Counted from the stretch's first letter, positions 29,201 to 37,680 are shown. The stretch is DNA of 64,000 nucleotides from a bacterium (GCA_030688365.1 JAUYIE010000003.1:30417-94416), one strand, 5' to 3'. The notes: generated from the sequence alone by a model not told the origin. A program made the numbers and translations.

Positions 29201-30621
29201 ATGTTGTCACGTTGGCGAGACCGTACTGTTGGAACAAATTTTACTTTCTTGTTTCGCGCCGCGGTAACACCAACATATTGAAAAGTATCAACGCTATAGA
29301 TACCACTTGCCTGCGTCTCCACCAAACCACTCTTAAACCAATCAGTTGCTTTAGAAAGTAATGATTTTTTAAACGAGTCCATGACCACTGATCCCAAGTC
29401 TACCATTAAATTACCTGTCAACTGCGATGGCTTTGCTGATTCATCAATGGCTTTTGCTGCCAAATATCCTGCGATACTACCGGGAGTTTTGATACTTCCA
29501 CTTACCGTCTCAACCACATTTTTAAACGGAGTTTCTTCTTGTCGTTTTTTCCACGCAACATCCTCTCCTGTATTAATCGCATCTAGGTATGCCAACTGTG
29601 CATTGAACATAATCCCCAACTGGGTAGAATTTGGATCAAATAAATCACCTAAAGCCCGCCAACCCTTTCCACCAAAATCGGATGCGCTTGTACCTGTCTT
29701 TTGTATAAGATCTCCCCAGTTTGTCACTGCCTCTGTTAAGGAACATACGGGTTTGCGGACCGCAGAAGAAGAAACATCAGGAAATAATGTCAAACCTATT
29801 TTAAGTGTCAATTCAGGGGATGGTGAACAAATCACCTTATCCAAAAATTGTTTTGCTTCACTACTAATAGCACCATTTCCACCTGGTCCAAGTTCTTTCT
29901 GGTGTGTTTGAAGTGCATCTAAATATGATTGAGCGTCCTTGGCAACCTTGTCATGCTTTTCGTCAATCGCCGCGCATTTGTTGAGTGACGCTTTATATCT
30001 GGTATCACACTGGTCATCCGGAATTGTCCCATAACATTCATACTGTTCATTGTCTGCGTCTTTGCGACATTGATCTGCTTGATATACAAGCTCTTTTAGA
30101 TCTTCCTTCATGCGGTCGGCAGTAGAATCATGTTCATATTGTGTAATAAATCCATCCACGATCCCTTCCACCAATATTCCCCCCGCGCCACTTGCCGCGT
30201 CAATAAGTGATTGACCCAGTTCCTGAATATTAAAAAGAGGTTGCTGACCTTTGAGCCCTTGTCCGATCCAGTCAAATGTTTGATCAAAAAGCTGGGAGGT
30301 AAATGATCGTGCAAAATAAATCACCGATTGGTAGGTAGCGGCCTCTAACGCTTTTTTAAGCGTATCCCATACCCACTGTAAATCGTCAGGTGTACTTGAA
30401 GTCACATTCACAGGAGCTGACGTACTCTTGCCAACAAGACTTATAGTTTTGTTCACCCCAGTCTTTATTAACTCAAATGACTCTCCAGACGGTATAAAAT
30501 CCAAACCCGAAGCCTCCGCACGTGGAACATCAGTTCTCATTGAAATAAATAAAACTCCCACAATCACGATGCCCGTAATCATTCCCCTCAATAGTCGCTT
30601 CATGGAAGTAAAATCTTTCAT
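20233..30621 (-). CDS. Giant secreted Cys-rich surface protein of 3462 aa.
   Basis: Single uninterrupted ORF with an N-terminal signal/TM segment (MITGIVIVGVLFISMRTDVPRAEA). It has a very high Cys, Gly, Thr, Ser and Asn content across many beta-rich segments. A tightly coupled upstream gene sits 2 nt away. Confidence 0.8.
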   Translation of the reverse strand: MKDFTSMKRLLRGMITGIVIVGVLFISMRTDVPRAEASGLDFIPSGESFELIKTGVNKTISLVGKSTSAPVNVTSSTPDDLQWVWDTLKKALEAATYQSVIYFARSFTSQLFDQTFDWIGQGLKGQQPLFNIQELGQSLIDAASGAGGILVEGIVDGFITQYEHDSTADRMKEDLKELVYQADQCRKDADNEQYECYGTIPDDQCDTRYKASLNKCAAIDEKHDKVAKDAQSYLDALQTHQKELGPGGNGAISSEAKQFLDKVICSPSPELTLKIGLTLFPDVSSSAVRKPVCSLTEAVTNWGDLIQKTGTSASDFGGKGWRALGDLFDPNSTQLGIMFNAQLAYLDAINTGEDVAWKKRQEETPFKNVVETVSGSIKTPGSIAGYLAAKAIDESAKPSQLTGNLMVDLGSVVMDSFKKSLLSKATDWFKSGLVETQASGIYSVDTFQYVGVTAARNKKVKFVPTVRSRQRDNIDLMSRLSAEPTIGNPDARVMSDGMATALQTGMTVRSAIRKGYLHTSDLFGFQSNSAQPSPKENLPYDSLVVLRKYRIIPVTWEYAALYIKKYPTVCDNGTKAKSCTLGDMIDGFNDEDSPFFGLVDDTWILQLPPTRCALEGYGPENALTDNDVECIFDTNGDGVIDCGSDFQSGNNNQYDVRVPQMSRQDTCVDEQTCLQSDGNGNCVQGRYGYCIQEQPSWQFDAENCDKQFDSCRSFVNTNKGTTLTALTSTIPAFSNSGGSICTNENKGCQVYSNTRSTDSVHPWVYKPNLPDTDEKEYFNSKVGALECDQSDEGCQLVTNDRSNKDDYYKIAPVTLQCGFEQDGFDSTACKQFVTQCTEDYQGCEYYSSDDGGEDRAGKNPQECESSCAGLQVYTKIANQFDSSEHSVAFIPEKARQCSAQADGCAEFTNLSNETKQYFSTVQACEKTPAEPTPFYSWYGSDTSGFKLSVVNLKTDANDAPVCAPDPKDPDRASDCECDQSTFSEQRDNPLTNTFSCREYINRDGYAFYRDPALIVYQTDDCSEMRRTTGGAEYVISPSHSISCSPSAIGCRRFEGTRSGNIATGLISTFEDGTIGGWQSSTGKLSPSSSGLVADSDSLRVEKKTSDDIEISHGNVMLHNGYGYIVTFYVKGASNATVSASLSSPELSGSYGLGEFLLNTQDDDWERVRFALPNIHTTADSFVAVLHITHDSGEFFIDDVIVSEVQDVVYAIDTKLNVPSSCTAAIDKTRLGAQLGCRLYSDTKGKPVAFTTLDESCKMEFVGCDKFTVHPANGTAYTQYFVPDLDKRCSKNAQSCTAFGIPSLDSNGKVQETGVEIGEAKEKWKTVYYKFDPSHEDTKAAQCQSTEVGCSEYQDPATKSLYYFKDPGTKLCKWSKGDSGRNPGWILEDESEGIVDCNQTPARDIPVVQSGMTALCPQSENNCRAIIDPECQNDGSLRDNYGQGGGGKSACQSAYYIKTAPNKIGGDTCSKVNPAVGCLLFHDPLAEKGKDVYTSHDIYNDPTKDPEGGINLLAGGSAQDANALYQVGLNRQCKVWLACTSSIVVPDLKDSTKSQEICLERRPCDEWGSTDEPCAEFYNPPYVRDSALLGEYSRGGVAVARTLSGIARPNFVFPALSGNDSFTVTGGHDSTFAWDEKSEADASKDQGGRLVNSLITGWNNDDWIRNSCRLYPQKDAPDATQRSWNVLQGYNASGEAVSSKAIPVDACYYQDKNLDRQNGLYGYCLESYPKNNSLFQSKINNVHDAGYQGYCLNWYPVSYIQGQVNVLEGQNALPAYQGPKPLYYCVQSKGGAQGMTPYVPASTDVITGYGVKTRDTSIFRFKDINWPTMQLRDTAFDISNAINADDLIAQGAHIKVVDATTRTSPVHVPTYLSGTLAYGTWGQVLVYKGGEHDVLFNNTELEAYKLRCDTGGVPTTILSQLAFSADIKENGMPLYASAKSGAQARIGSAVITCKLNGVAMPAVNAEFELVDEPYTSGGQTISSQAKILFGGRTGQLTENGDNTLVATKEGAAQLVRVTNVPSGTSVTCGLDDTTTNPDEDYLVKQYEHLDTFGVLDTSRSYSQYEADKTYVAKANSQNYIEFKVKAVKERTQSNSVNDHLIPAYQHPYVYCTFEGGTKPISKPFTLLVEGYTADSGIHKTFVFVDSIMNSLKLAFSNTARVFEHIAQNLSERLPTYRIAAVSGKEYQVIKPALSVSTENVTFNYNQALANETRSVKVSSTTDHPTQQNHPEQLQWRAVVDTARTGKISVGAGFVSDWIVLSQDSGKDGDSLKIGIRSDILGFINRDVVGYVNVYAVGPLEGVWGGETYKTVKVTLDLSAEDETPTETPTATPTIAPEFSRDDSPVQDTFFAKVWYTNLSKNLNEDRVDEENHLRDGMSPIYDAHTPIGIIIDGQKSSPSLCADKAGKYTLRVVYNYLGDGIWHGIPEGKFNQKFESFDYKFKEEMNCDQNFQITIPSASNATGTNTVSGIQYYIVVKNVTEQRVSKSEMLYIDVPDLFKTPVATNCTTDKTKVTATLPLCNNDLVQPHQKLRTDVGIPETQYVPKNYSVNLSKTLSLSLMNTVEGNDPKSNKVPLGYGKVIKTFETCSPGSDDTPPCCRTTTTVTTRDFTGTSLGIDSVTSSNSPAPYCGGGINCPRPTTDTSSYMSWLKEKESGVGTSEDAAPTRIVSGDGGDIVNKCYGAIFNGGSTCISSYDPLAVQTELIHPQDIKDKFLVTDISDPKNTSFKLAPYQGSVVVKGQQVTTTTHTASGCFPTSDSPPVETSLQSIIPVSLVVRPAMDIPSSITMTSGDIRHGKQIIIGSIPRETVYHWRAELKSIQTISRGGTGDLQWLSFSPAAGMSGTPLGLSIVPEVTQFTPSGGTYKAVIKLFATTPVEGESAKEIEVILDLGQPGALSSQTLVSIASVTNIYSDVEPNTQLRSGLNVSTDDSVLILSDGAKEHADTGMKLTPANAFEKSINMDQITQIDYTIEHRTRNTLPGQDWTKTYMPRIGEGPYFVTVTYGGGSGTINEDGWAFTGKDARPILTALPKPDYAQYRELRRLAPPPVISTTAKTEFTMVAASAQATDVTPDTVFGAGCQAQTSGGIGRDFIGIKPVPAPDGTIQYWQWRYCDDSTWNWDDRQMMDMFVSITIYVRDYCTNIVQVVKEDGEAVPWQSKLADPTTPKDRSGAPFIEYEDPPGVLSSSGEISKYMSLIPPTSKPEQWAQPIDIINDDDLSIAHAQSLSVEAIRRASSICLGGSRNGQICTTTSDCSSEGKCFGSRAAELSERNGNGTALLKKYFATGYTEWHWDTTYKKYIQIGDSPLYTPPTNAYCAATKNLNGTQTVTDTIERKAGRCAVQPRVLRANGAKTSVVDGFSIVSKPNGKTVEIHFNSSVDDQQKPLRMISIDWDDGHGKQSVYYSDNDRPLTALLSQNNYTSFLAPHGEHQFVHTYFNDRAKGKRICVEIADNWGAKNVETCEIVQ

Positions 30622-30623
30622 AT

Positions 30624-31499
30624 CTATTGATTACTACTATTGGCCACCGCCTTTAAAAATAAATCCTTAAGTGTCGCGTCATCAATCAATGAAAGTTGTG
30701 CTTCCGGAATCAATCCTGAAGCACGCACGAGATCACGAATCTGTGCCGGTGTATATTGCGAGTAGTCTGTATTGATAGTTGACGATGCTTTTGTATCAGT
30801 TCCAGATATCTCACTCATCCCGACCGCACCATTCCCAGAGGATGGTATGTTGGCAAGAGGTGCAGGAGACACTGGTGACGATTTTGTATTCGCAATAGTT
30901 TCTTTGTATGTCTGTAACAAAGTAGCATCATCAAATTGTGCAATCTCCTGATCTGTCATACCTTGTTCTCGAAGCATAGATCGCAGTTCATTAGGAGTTG
31001 GATCAACGCTGGCCGATAACAATGCCTGGTCAGTAGCCGTAACCCCCACATTGCTGACAACACCAGGTAGCTCTCCCGCCAATCCCCCTTCAGTTTTTGT
31101 TGTAAGATCTTGTCTGAAACAATTTTGTCCGTCGGGACAATTTGGATCGTGATTGGTAGCGATCTCTGTTTTGTCATCAAACCCATCACTGTCCGTATCT
31201 TTCAAATATGGACTTGTTTGATAGACATACAATTCGTCAAAATCACTAATAGTATCTTCATCAGAATCTTGAGATTTCAGACTCTCCATCCGCATCGCTG
31301 TTTGCATCTGTTCAGTCATATCAACCTGCGCCACTGCAGACACAGTCTGATCAGGAGCAAATGGACTGTGAACACTTCGTACAAGACTCAACGATCCAAC
31401 TGCAACACCTATAACCGACAAAAAAATAATAATCCCCATGACCACATTTTTTGGTGGAGTTGGTGTTTGTGTTTGTGTGTTTATTTCATCTTCATTCAT
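30624..31499 (-). CDS. Membrane-anchored protein of 291 aa with calcium-binding-like acidic repeats (DTDSDGFDD, a thrombospondin type 3-like motif) and two repeats of about 40 aa. Co-transcribed with the giant gene.
   Basis: TM segment VVMGIIIFLSVIGVAVGSLSL. DTDSDGFDDKTE motif. Internal repeat DQEIAQFDDATLLQTYKETIANT / AQLSLIDDATLKDLFLKAVANS. Confidence 0.5.
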   Translation of the reverse strand: MNEDEINTQTQTPTPPKNVVMGIIIFLSVIGVAVGSLSLVRSVHSPFAPDQTVSAVAQVDMTEQMQTAMRMESLKSQDSDEDTISDFDELYVYQTSPYLKDTDSDGFDDKTEIATNHDPNCPDGQNCFRQDLTTKTEGGLAGELPGVVSNVGVTATDQALLSASVDPTPNELRSMLREQGMTDQEIAQFDDATLLQTYKETIANTKSSPVSPAPLANIPSSGNGAVGMSEISGTDTKASSTINTDYSQYTPAQIRDLVRASGLIPEAQLSLIDDATLKDLFLKAVANSSNQ

Positions 31500-31697
31500 A
31501 TACCTTACTGTACCCAGTAATTATACCGTCTTTGAGGTTAATTTTATAGTCCTATGGCAAACAAAATCTGCACCAATGATTATCAAGCACGTATCCAATC
31601 ACAATTCTTATAACCAAAAGAAAAAAAATAATTATATGTGAATTTTTTCTTAAATAAAAAAATAAGCTAATTTTGCTCATCCACAGTTATCCAGTGT

Positions 31698-32489
31698 TTA
31701 ATCCAAAAGTTGGTGTGTAAGCTCAATCCATTGTTGAACAGATAAATCTTGAGCTCGAGCCGTTGACTGCACACCACACCTCTCCATTGCGTCAATAATA
31801 TCCTGTCTCAAAAGAGATGTACCTTCAGCAATATTTGATACGAGTAGTTTACGTTTTTTTGCAAAACCACAGCGAGCCAACGAAAGGATTTTTTCAGGAT
31901 CGTACGTTTGCACATTGGTTTTAACTGGCGACAGCTGCACAACTGCACTTTGTATATTTGGACGAGGGCGGAAGGATGCAGATGAAACATCAAAACACTT
32001 TTTTACTTTAGCATATAACTGTACAGACAAAGATAATAAACTCATCTCTCCGGGACCGGATACGAGGCGTTGTGCAACTTCCTTTTGAACCATAAGTACC
32101 GCGCGAGATGTGTGAGGTGTTACTTGTAATATCATTTTAATCAATATGGATGTAATATTGTATGGAATATTTGCAACAACAAGATACTGGTTGGTCCCTA
32201 ATTCATTCACAATGACCGGATAACACTTCAACGCATCTCCATAAACGATAGATATCGCTGGATTTGCAACGCTCAACTCGTTTAATGTCTGAATCAAATC
32301 TTTATCCAGTTCAATAGCTATAACCCTTTTTGCCTTCTGTGCGAGTAATGAAGTCATCGCTCCTTGTCCTGGACCTATCTCAATTACCACTTCATCAGGT
32401 TTAATGTCAGCTTGATTTACAATCTTTTTGACGATATTTTTATCAATGAGAAAGTTTTGCCCAAATCTGCGTTGTGCAATATGACTCAT
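31698..32489 (-). CDS. rsmA: 16S rRNA (adenine1518/1519-N6)-dimethyltransferase RsmA/KsgA.
   Basis: GQNFLID motif; SAM-binding VIEIGPGQGAMT; 263 aa. Confidence 0.85.
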   Translation of the reverse strand: MSHIAQRRFGQNFLIDKNIVKKIVNQADIKPDEVVIEIGPGQGAMTSLLAQKAKRVIAIELDKDLIQTLNELSVANPAISIVYGDALKCYPVIVNELGTNQYLVVANIPYNITSILIKMILQVTPHTSRAVLMVQKEVAQRLVSGPGEMSLLSLSVQLYAKVKKCFDVSSASFRPRPNIQSAVVQLSPVKTNVQTYDPEKILSLARCGFAKKRKLLVSNIAEGTSLLRQDIIDAMERCGVQSTARAQDLSVQQWIELTHQLLD

Positions 32490-33727
32490 ACAGTATTTGG
32501 AGTAATTTTGATACCTCGGTGAATCAAGGATAGATACAGCAGTGAGAAGAGTCCTCCAAGCAAAAATACAAGATTCCAGTGTCCGCCTCCAAAATAAAAC
32601 ATTGCTGCAACGCTCATCGCCGCAAGAATCTTACCTATGGCTAAACCCATCTCAAAACGAATAACTGATTTGATAACATGTTTACTTTTTAATGCGTCCC
32701 TATACACCTCAACAGTAATAGGTAGTTGTACTGGGTAACGTACCATTCGACTAAATGTATCACTAATCAATATCCATATCCCGGTCATAGAAAAAATACG
32801 AAGAACCCATGATGATATATATAAATAGATTCCAGTTCTCATAATATGATTTTCATTCTTTCTGTCGGCAATCCTTCCTACGTACAAGAGAACCATACTG
32901 CTGATAACAGTACTAGTAGCTACCAGTGTCCCCAGTCCCACTATGTTGGTTAAAACAACATATGCAAAAATCGGCCACGCAAATTGCCATACCAACTCTT
33001 CTCCATATCCAATCAATCCGATTGTTTGACGTCTATGTTCCTTTGTAAATAATTCCCTATAACACTCCTTATATTCCAATCCAGACGGAACAAATACTTC
33101 TTTTGTAAGAAATAATGGAACATTTGAAAGAAGTATCAATAATACAACTACAATAAATAACGCTTGAAAACCAAATAGAGCAATTACAAATCCACCAAAT
33201 AAAGGTCCCAAAATGACAACCAATGAGGCAATTACCTGCATGATCCCCAGTTCACGCCCCTCCTCGGCTGACTTACCAAAAAATACAAAGTCACCATGAA
33301 ATGCCGGCCAGAAAAACATCTTTTGTAGCGCATACGCAATGACTGCTAAATAGAGAAATCCACTGGAGTGTGGGATCTCAAACAAGAAGATATAGTAAAG
33401 AACAAGAAAAAATGATCCAAATACCATACCATGAGCAAAACCTTTTCGCTTTACAAATTTTCCACCCAACGGTATTAAAAAAAAGTACACTACGTACACT
33501 GCGCAATAAAAAAGCATAATGGCATACACCGGGTAACCCAAAGTATAGAGATATATAGGTTCAAATAAACTTACAGCCGCGAGAGCAAAGCTCTGAATCC
33601 ATACACTCACAAATAACTCCTTCATTTGAGGGGTAAGTTTATGCGGTAAAAAATGTCGTACAAAACGAGTACTTGCTACCAGTGCGGTATCAAAATGAAG
33701 ATGCATGAAGATTGTATTTAGTCGCAA
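32486..33727 (-). CDS. MFS-type transporter of 413 aa with about 12 TM segments.
   Basis: Twelve hydrophobic segments in a 6+6 arrangement. Overlaps rsmA by 4 nt (ATGA). Confidence 0.5.
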   Translation of the reverse strand: MRLNTIFMHLHFDTALVASTRFVRHFLPHKLTPQMKELFVSVWIQSFALAAVSLFEPIYLYTLGYPVYAIMLFYCAVYVVYFFLIPLGGKFVKRKGFAHGMVFGSFFLVLYYIFLFEIPHSSGFLYLAVIAYALQKMFFWPAFHGDFVFFGKSAEEGRELGIMQVIASLVVILGPLFGGFVIALFGFQALFIVVVLLILLSNVPLFLTKEVFVPSGLEYKECYRELFTKEHRRQTIGLIGYGEELVWQFAWPIFAYVVLTNIVGLGTLVATSTVISSMVLLYVGRIADRKNENHIMRTGIYLYISSWVLRIFSMTGIWILISDTFSRMVRYPVQLPITVEVYRDALKSKHVIKSVIRFEMGLAIGKILAAMSVAAMFYFGGGHWNLVFLLGGLFSLLYLSLIHRGIKITPNTV

Positions 33728-33777
33728 AGCATGATAATCTAATGCGTATTATAAGTATACCATGATTCACACTCTAT

Positions 33778-35130
33778 ATGTCTATATATAAAGGATACGA
33801 TATTCGTGGAATAGTTCCCAGTGAAATTAATGCAGATCTAGCATATACGCTTGGGTGCGCATTTGCTTGTTATATCCGCAATTTAAAAACTGATGGACAA
33901 AAGTTACGCATTCTTGTATCTCGTGACAACAGATCTACATCCAATGAATTGTCTGAACAACTCATAGCAGGTCTCATGTCACAAGGTGTCCAATGTATTG
34001 ATATCGGCCTAGCAGCAACACCGATTTTTTATTTTGCATCTGATCACCTAGGTTGTGATGGAGGTATTATGGTTACCGCATCACATAATCCAGCACAATA
34101 TAATGGTTTCAAAATCGTACGCGAAGAATCTATTCCGATAGGTCTTGATTCAGGACTGCTTGATATACAAACCCTTGTTGAAAGAGCTGACTTTCCTCCG
34201 CAGACCGTCGGTTCAGTGGAGAAGAAAGAAATAATTGACCAATATATTGTCAACCAAAAAAACATATTGGAAATGACTGACACGAAAAATCTTACGATCG
34301 CTATTGATACGGGGAATGGTGTTTCTGTTTCAATGATCAAACCCTTCATGGAGACGTTGAACACACATATGATTCCGTTATATTTTGAAATGGACGGTAC
34401 ATTTCCAAACCACGAACCTAACCCATTGAAATATGAAAACATAAAAGATTTATGTGAATTAGTTCGTTCCAAAAAGGCAGATTGCGGTATCGCATTGGAT
34501 GCAGATGGAGATCGCGTTATTTTTGTAGACGAACATGGCGAGCCAGTGTCATCGGACTTTATTTCTGCACTGGTGATCGTAGAGCTTTTAAAAAATGTAC
34601 CGGGCGCAACTATCCTGTATGATGTTCGATCTTCTCATGTGGTACGAGAAACCATTCAAGAACATGGCGGTACTCCACACGTCACACGTGTCGGACATGC
34701 GTACATTAAAGAAAGAATGCGCTCGTTGGATGCGCTTTTTACTGGTGAAGTATCAGGCCACTTTTACTTCAAAGATACACATTATTACGAAGCACCACTT
34801 CTGACGATAGGAATGATTTTGAAAGCTATGATGAAAAAAAATATTCCACTTTCACAACTCATAGCACCATACAAAAAATATTGTTCAACAGGTGAAGTAA
34901 ACTTTACAGTCAGCGATAAAGATGCGGTTGTTAGACGAATAAAGGATCACTTTGCACCTGACGCAAAGGTTACATCTGAAATTGATGGTATTACCATGGA
35001 GTTTGACGAATGGTGGTTTAATGTCCGTCTATCAAACACCGAGGATGTCCTTCGTCTAAATATGGAAGCAACATCCCAAGAAATGTGTGATGACAAACGA
35101 GCCGAAATTGAGAATATTATAAAACAATGA
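33778..35130 (+). CDS. Alpha-D-phosphohexomutase: phosphoglucosamine, phosphomanno or phosphogluco mutase family.
   Basis: Active-site TASHNPAQYNGFK. Metal-binding DADGDR. 450 aa. Confidence 0.8.
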   Translation: MSIYKGYDIRGIVPSEINADLAYTLGCAFACYIRNLKTDGQKLRILVSRDNRSTSNELSEQLIAGLMSQGVQCIDIGLAATPIFYFASDHLGCDGGIMVTASHNPAQYNGFKIVREESIPIGLDSGLLDIQTLVERADFPPQTVGSVEKKEIIDQYIVNQKNILEMTDTKNLTIAIDTGNGVSVSMIKPFMETLNTHMIPLYFEMDGTFPNHEPNPLKYENIKDLCELVRSKKADCGIALDADGDRVIFVDEHGEPVSSDFISALVIVELLKNVPGATILYDVRSSHVVRETIQEHGGTPHVTRVGHAYIKERMRSLDALFTGEVSGHFYFKDTHYYEAPLLTIGMILKAMMKKNIPLSQLIAPYKKYCSTGEVNFTVSDKDAVVRRIKDHFAPDAKVTSEIDGITMEFDEWWFNVRLSNTEDVLRLNMEATSQEMCDDKRAEIENIIKQ

Positions 35131-37652
35131 TTGAACACAACCATACAAAGGCATTGTCAAAAATTCCTAACGCTACTGTCTTTCGTTTTGACGGATATGT
35201 TTTTGATAAAAAAAAGAAATGGATTTCATTTAATTTCGCTATTGAATTTGCCAACAAACCTACATCTGTTTTTACGGAAAAAATACTTCTTCCCCGCTCT
35301 CTCACTTTTTTAAATAAAAACTTAACCGACGACGATGTTGCAAGATTTCTCCAACCACTTCATATCATCCTAGGTATCAGTTACTACAAACTCTACTGTC
35401 CCCCCAAACTAACACTCCCCTTTGCTCTGAACAAAAAACAAGCAGATTTTTGGGATACCGTATACCAAAAAGGTCTTGGCGAATTTTTATACAGGAACCA
35501 CATTGATCCGGATACTATTGCGCGTTTTCCATTTTTAAAAAAAACAAAGGATACAACGACAGCTAAAACTTCTTATACAAAAACATCAGGTGGCATGAGA
35601 CTTTCCTTACCCAATCGTGCGCTTCTTGGCATAGGAGGTGGAAAAGATTCTTTGGTATGTGCTGAACTATTGAAAAATTTTGATGTAACATCGTTTTTTT
35701 TGGAAACGCAAAAAAAAGACCCAGCCACCCAAAACGTCATACGTATCATTGGTAACCCATCGCTTCACATCAAACGTATCCTTGATCCAAATATATTCCA
35801 ACACCATGTCGGATCCTTTAATGGACATATTCCCATATCCGCCATATATGCATTTATCGGTTTGTTATCAGCCGGGCTATATGGATACAAACACATCATC
35901 GTCGGTAACGAACACACCAGCGATTTTGGTAACCTTATATGGAAAAACACATCAATTAATCATCAATGGAGCAAGTCAGCAGAGTTTGAGTCACTCCTGC
36001 GGGAATATACGCGTGCATTTATTAGTCCAGATATTACATACTTTTCTCTTTTACGACCTTTTTACGAAATCAGAGTTGCAAAAATGTTTTCTCAATATCC
36101 ACAGTATTTTAATTCATTCACGAGTTGTAATAACAACTTCAAAGTATTTAAGAAACGTCCAGAGACATTATGGTGCGGTACGTGTCCAAAATGTGCGTAT
36201 GTATTTTTGTTGCTCGCTGCATTTTTACCTAAAAAAACATTGATAAACATTTTCAAAAAAAATCTACTAGCCGATATAACTCTTACCCCCTTATACAAAG
36301 ATATTCTTGGTTTTGGATCATCAAAGCCGTTTGACTGTGTAGGAACCTTTGAAGAATCACAAGCCGCCCTTTTTCTCGCGTCCAAGCATTTTAAAAATGA
36401 ATCAATAGTACGCACGTTTCTCCCAAAAATAAAAAAACCCCAACAATTGGTTCAAAAAGTTTTTAAAACCTCACCCGCACCTACCGTGCCGGAACAATTC
36501 ATTTTTTCAGGATTAGAAAACGTATGTATTCTCGGATATGGCAAGGAAGGAAAAATTACAAAAAAGTATATTCACAAATACTATCCTCATATAAAAATAG
36601 ATATTCTTGACCAAAGCAGAGACCCTGATTATTTACAAACACAAGATCAGTATGATTTTGCAATCAAAACTCCAGGCATACAAAAATCAAAAGTCACCAT
36701 CCCCTACACCACCGCTACTAATATCTTTTTTTCTCAAATAAACAACCAAGTGATCGGCGTAACAGGCAGTAAAGGAAAAAGTACAACGGCGAGTTTAATT
36801 TATCAGATTTTAAAAACTGCAGGAAAAAAAGTACGCATGGTCGGTAACATTGGTTTTCCGATGTTGGAAGTATTATTAAAAAAAATTGATCCAAAAGAAA
36901 TTTTTGTGGTTGAACTTTCAAGCTATATGCTTGATGATATCCACTACTCACCAAATATTGCGGTATTGCTCAACCTATTCCCTGAACACATGGACTATCA
37001 TGGAAGTATCCAAAATTATTATCAAGCAAAACAAAAAATTTTTGCGTTTCAAAAAACAAATGATATCGCCTTACGACCTCCTTTTCATGTAAAAATTCCT
37101 GTGCCAAAAAATGAGATCCCCTTGCGTGGCACCCACAATATTCAAAATATTAAAGCAGCAATAGCCGTAGCAAAACAATTGAATATAAAGGATGAAATAA
37201 TATCAAAAGCCATACGACAATTTCAAACGCTCCCCCATCGCTTGGAATTTATCGGCACTTATCATGATATTGATTTTTATGACGATGCGATATCTACTAC
37301 ACCACAATCAACCATTAAAGCAATCCAAACACTCCGTACGGTTGGAACAATTTTTCTTGGAGGACAAGATCGTGGATTTGATTTCACTGAACTCGCACAC
37401 GAATTAAAAAAGTATCGCATAAAAAATATCGTTCTGTTTCCTGATAGTGGTAGACGTATATTGCCATTACATCACGACTTCCATGTACTTACCACCAATG
37501 ATATGCAAACCGCCGTAAGATTTGCGTATCGTTACACACCAAAAGGAAAAAGTTGTTTATTATCAACTGCATCTCCAAGTTATTCCTTGTGGAAAAATTT
37601 TGAAGAAAAAGGTAATCTTTTTCAAAAGTTTGTAAAAAAATTTAAACCGTAA
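35127..37652 (+). CDS. murD: Fusion protein of 841 aa. The N-terminal roughly 460 aa carry a PP-loop ATP-pyrophosphatase-like motif and a Cys cluster. The C-terminal roughly 370 aa are a MurD-type Mur ligase.
   Basis: N-terminal: LLGIGGGKDSLV (SGGxDS-type PP-loop) and CGTCPKC. C-terminal: ILGYGKEG (MurD Rossmann N-domain), FAIKTPGI, and IGVTGSKGKSTT (the Mur ligase P-loop). ATGA overlap with the upstream mutase gene. Confidence 0.65.
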   Translation: MIEHNHTKALSKIPNATVFRFDGYVFDKKKKWISFNFAIEFANKPTSVFTEKILLPRSLTFLNKNLTDDDVARFLQPLHIILGISYYKLYCPPKLTLPFALNKKQADFWDTVYQKGLGEFLYRNHIDPDTIARFPFLKKTKDTTTAKTSYTKTSGGMRLSLPNRALLGIGGGKDSLVCAELLKNFDVTSFFLETQKKDPATQNVIRIIGNPSLHIKRILDPNIFQHHVGSFNGHIPISAIYAFIGLLSAGLYGYKHIIVGNEHTSDFGNLIWKNTSINHQWSKSAEFESLLREYTRAFISPDITYFSLLRPFYEIRVAKMFSQYPQYFNSFTSCNNNFKVFKKRPETLWCGTCPKCAYVFLLLAAFLPKKTLINIFKKNLLADITLTPLYKDILGFGSSKPFDCVGTFEESQAALFLASKHFKNESIVRTFLPKIKKPQQLVQKVFKTSPAPTVPEQFIFSGLENVCILGYGKEGKITKKYIHKYYPHIKIDILDQSRDPDYLQTQDQYDFAIKTPGIQKSKVTIPYTTATNIFFSQINNQVIGVTGSKGKSTTASLIYQILKTAGKKVRMVGNIGFPMLEVLLKKIDPKEIFVVELSSYMLDDIHYSPNIAVLLNLFPEHMDYHGSIQNYYQAKQKIFAFQKTNDIALRPPFHVKIPVPKNEIPLRGTHNIQNIKAAIAVAKQLNIKDEIISKAIRQFQTLPHRLEFIGTYHDIDFYDDAISTTPQSTIKAIQTLRTVGTIFLGGQDRGFDFTELAHELKKYRIKNIVLFPDSGRRILPLHHDFHVLTTNDMQTAVRFAYRYTPKGKSCLLSTASPSYSLWKNFEEKGNLFQKFVKKFKP

Positions 37653-37680
37653 AACTTTTAAATCATTGAGTTTGTTCTTG

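Noticed and set aside
20233-30621. Many 60-180 aa ORFs on the plus strand inside the giant gene
   Set aside because: They are antisense shadows of a 10.4 kb continuous ORF, with no independent signals.
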